Program-made: the position numbers and the translations under genes
Assembly (NCBI GenBank): GCA_003501835.1
Contig: DNOU01000031.1
Location: forward strand, 13,033-53,923
DNA from: Anaerolineaceae bacterium
GTDB lineage: Bacteria; Chloroflexota; Anaerolineae; Anaerolineales; Anaerolineaceae
Direction: 5' to 3'
DNA length: 40,891 nt
Part shown: in pieces, positions 40,460 to 40,891 of the stretch
How positions within the stretch are numbered: position 1 is the first letter of the stretch
How the letters are laid out: each line of letters opens with the position of its first letter
The notes under the pieces: model-generated
What the model was told of the DNA's origin: nothing
Database searches by the model: none
The model's input: the letters and a program-made list of their open reading frames with translations, nothing else

Positions 40460-40891
40460 ATGCCCATTAAGAAAACTCCTCTTGTCATTGGTATCGCTGG
40501 AGGTTCCGGTTCCGGCAAAACGACCGTTGCCAGTATTGTTCTTGACCGTGTTGGACGCCACCGCATTGCATACCTGCCGCATGATGCCTATTATCGCGAC
40601 CTGACGCAGCTGCCCATGAATCAGCGCATGCAGGTCAACTTCGACCACCCGGACTCGCTGGAATCTGACCTGATGGCTCGGCATATTCAAATGCTCAAGA
40701 ACTGGGAAGCTATCGATATGCCGGTTTACGACTTCACCACCCATCACCGCACCGATAAAACAACCCACATCAATCCCCAGCGGGTCATCCTGGTGGAAGG
40801 GATCTTAATCTTCGCCGATCCGGTGCTGCGCCCCATGTTCGATGTCAAGATCTTTGTGGATACGGATTCAGATATCCGCTTCATCCGCCGC
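40460..40891 (+). CDS. udk: Uridine kinase, 3'-truncated by the window end
   Basis: Translated by hand: MPIKKTPLVIGIAGGSGSGKTTVASIV...NFDHPDSLE...VILVEGILIFAD...KIFVDTDSDIRFIRR. Absent from the ORF track, which instead lists an antisense shadow ORF at 40424-40768. Confidence 0.9.
   Translation, partial: MPIKKTPLVIGIAGGSGSGKTTVASIVLDRVGRHRIAYLPHDAYYRDLTQLPMNQRMQVNFDHPDSLESDLMARHIQMLKNWEAIDMPVYDFTTHHRTDKTTHINPQRVILVEGILIFADPVLRPMFDVKIFVDTDSDIRFIRR

Noticed and set aside
40424-40768. 114-aa minus-strand ORF in the track
   Set aside because: It is antisense to an unmistakable uridine kinase reading frame (GIAGGSGSGKTT, NFDHP, VEGIL, DTDSDIRFIRR) that the track missed because it has no stop in the window.

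Overview
The window holds about 2.65 kb of host chromosome, then a roughly 37.7-kb integrated temperate phage, then the start of a host uridine kinase gene. The left host flank carries dinB, a convergent GT4 glycosyltransferase and tRNA-Thr(CGU). The host udk gene (40460 to the window end) is missing from the supplied ORF track because it has no stop inside the window. The prophage starts right after the tRNA with a plus-strand tyrosine integrase. Almost everything else is on the minus strand. In transcription order: RHH Cro-like gene (divergent from a plus-strand CI-like HTH repressor), early and replication genes with an iteron array inside a replisome-organizer gene, and a translationally coupled trio (53-aa acidic Cys-rich ORF, C5-cytosine methyltransferase, N6/N4 methyltransferase). 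Then come terS, terL, portal, two small head-region genes, a single 11,070-nt gene (3,689 aa), scaffold, major capsid, tail genes with no tape measure, tube or sheath, a GH25 endolysin, an XhlA-like protein and a holin. The standout is the 3,689-aa ORF. By motif it combines N-terminal hydrophobic helices, an HExxH zincin module, a ParB/sulfiredoxin-like module, a Zeta-toxin-like P-loop kinase and a large unassigned C-terminal region. It sits where capsid-internal and ejected proteins are normally encoded, so I read it as a virion-delivered polyvalent effector. A second notable signal is a duplicated element ahead of terS and ahead of the scaffold gene: near-consensus promoter, conserved 18-mer, then an intrinsic terminator. 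This layout suggests antitermination-controlled late transcription. All calls come from reading the sequence and translations by eye. No database search, HMM scan or structure prediction was run. Domain names are motif-level recognitions, and the att sites could not be resolved.
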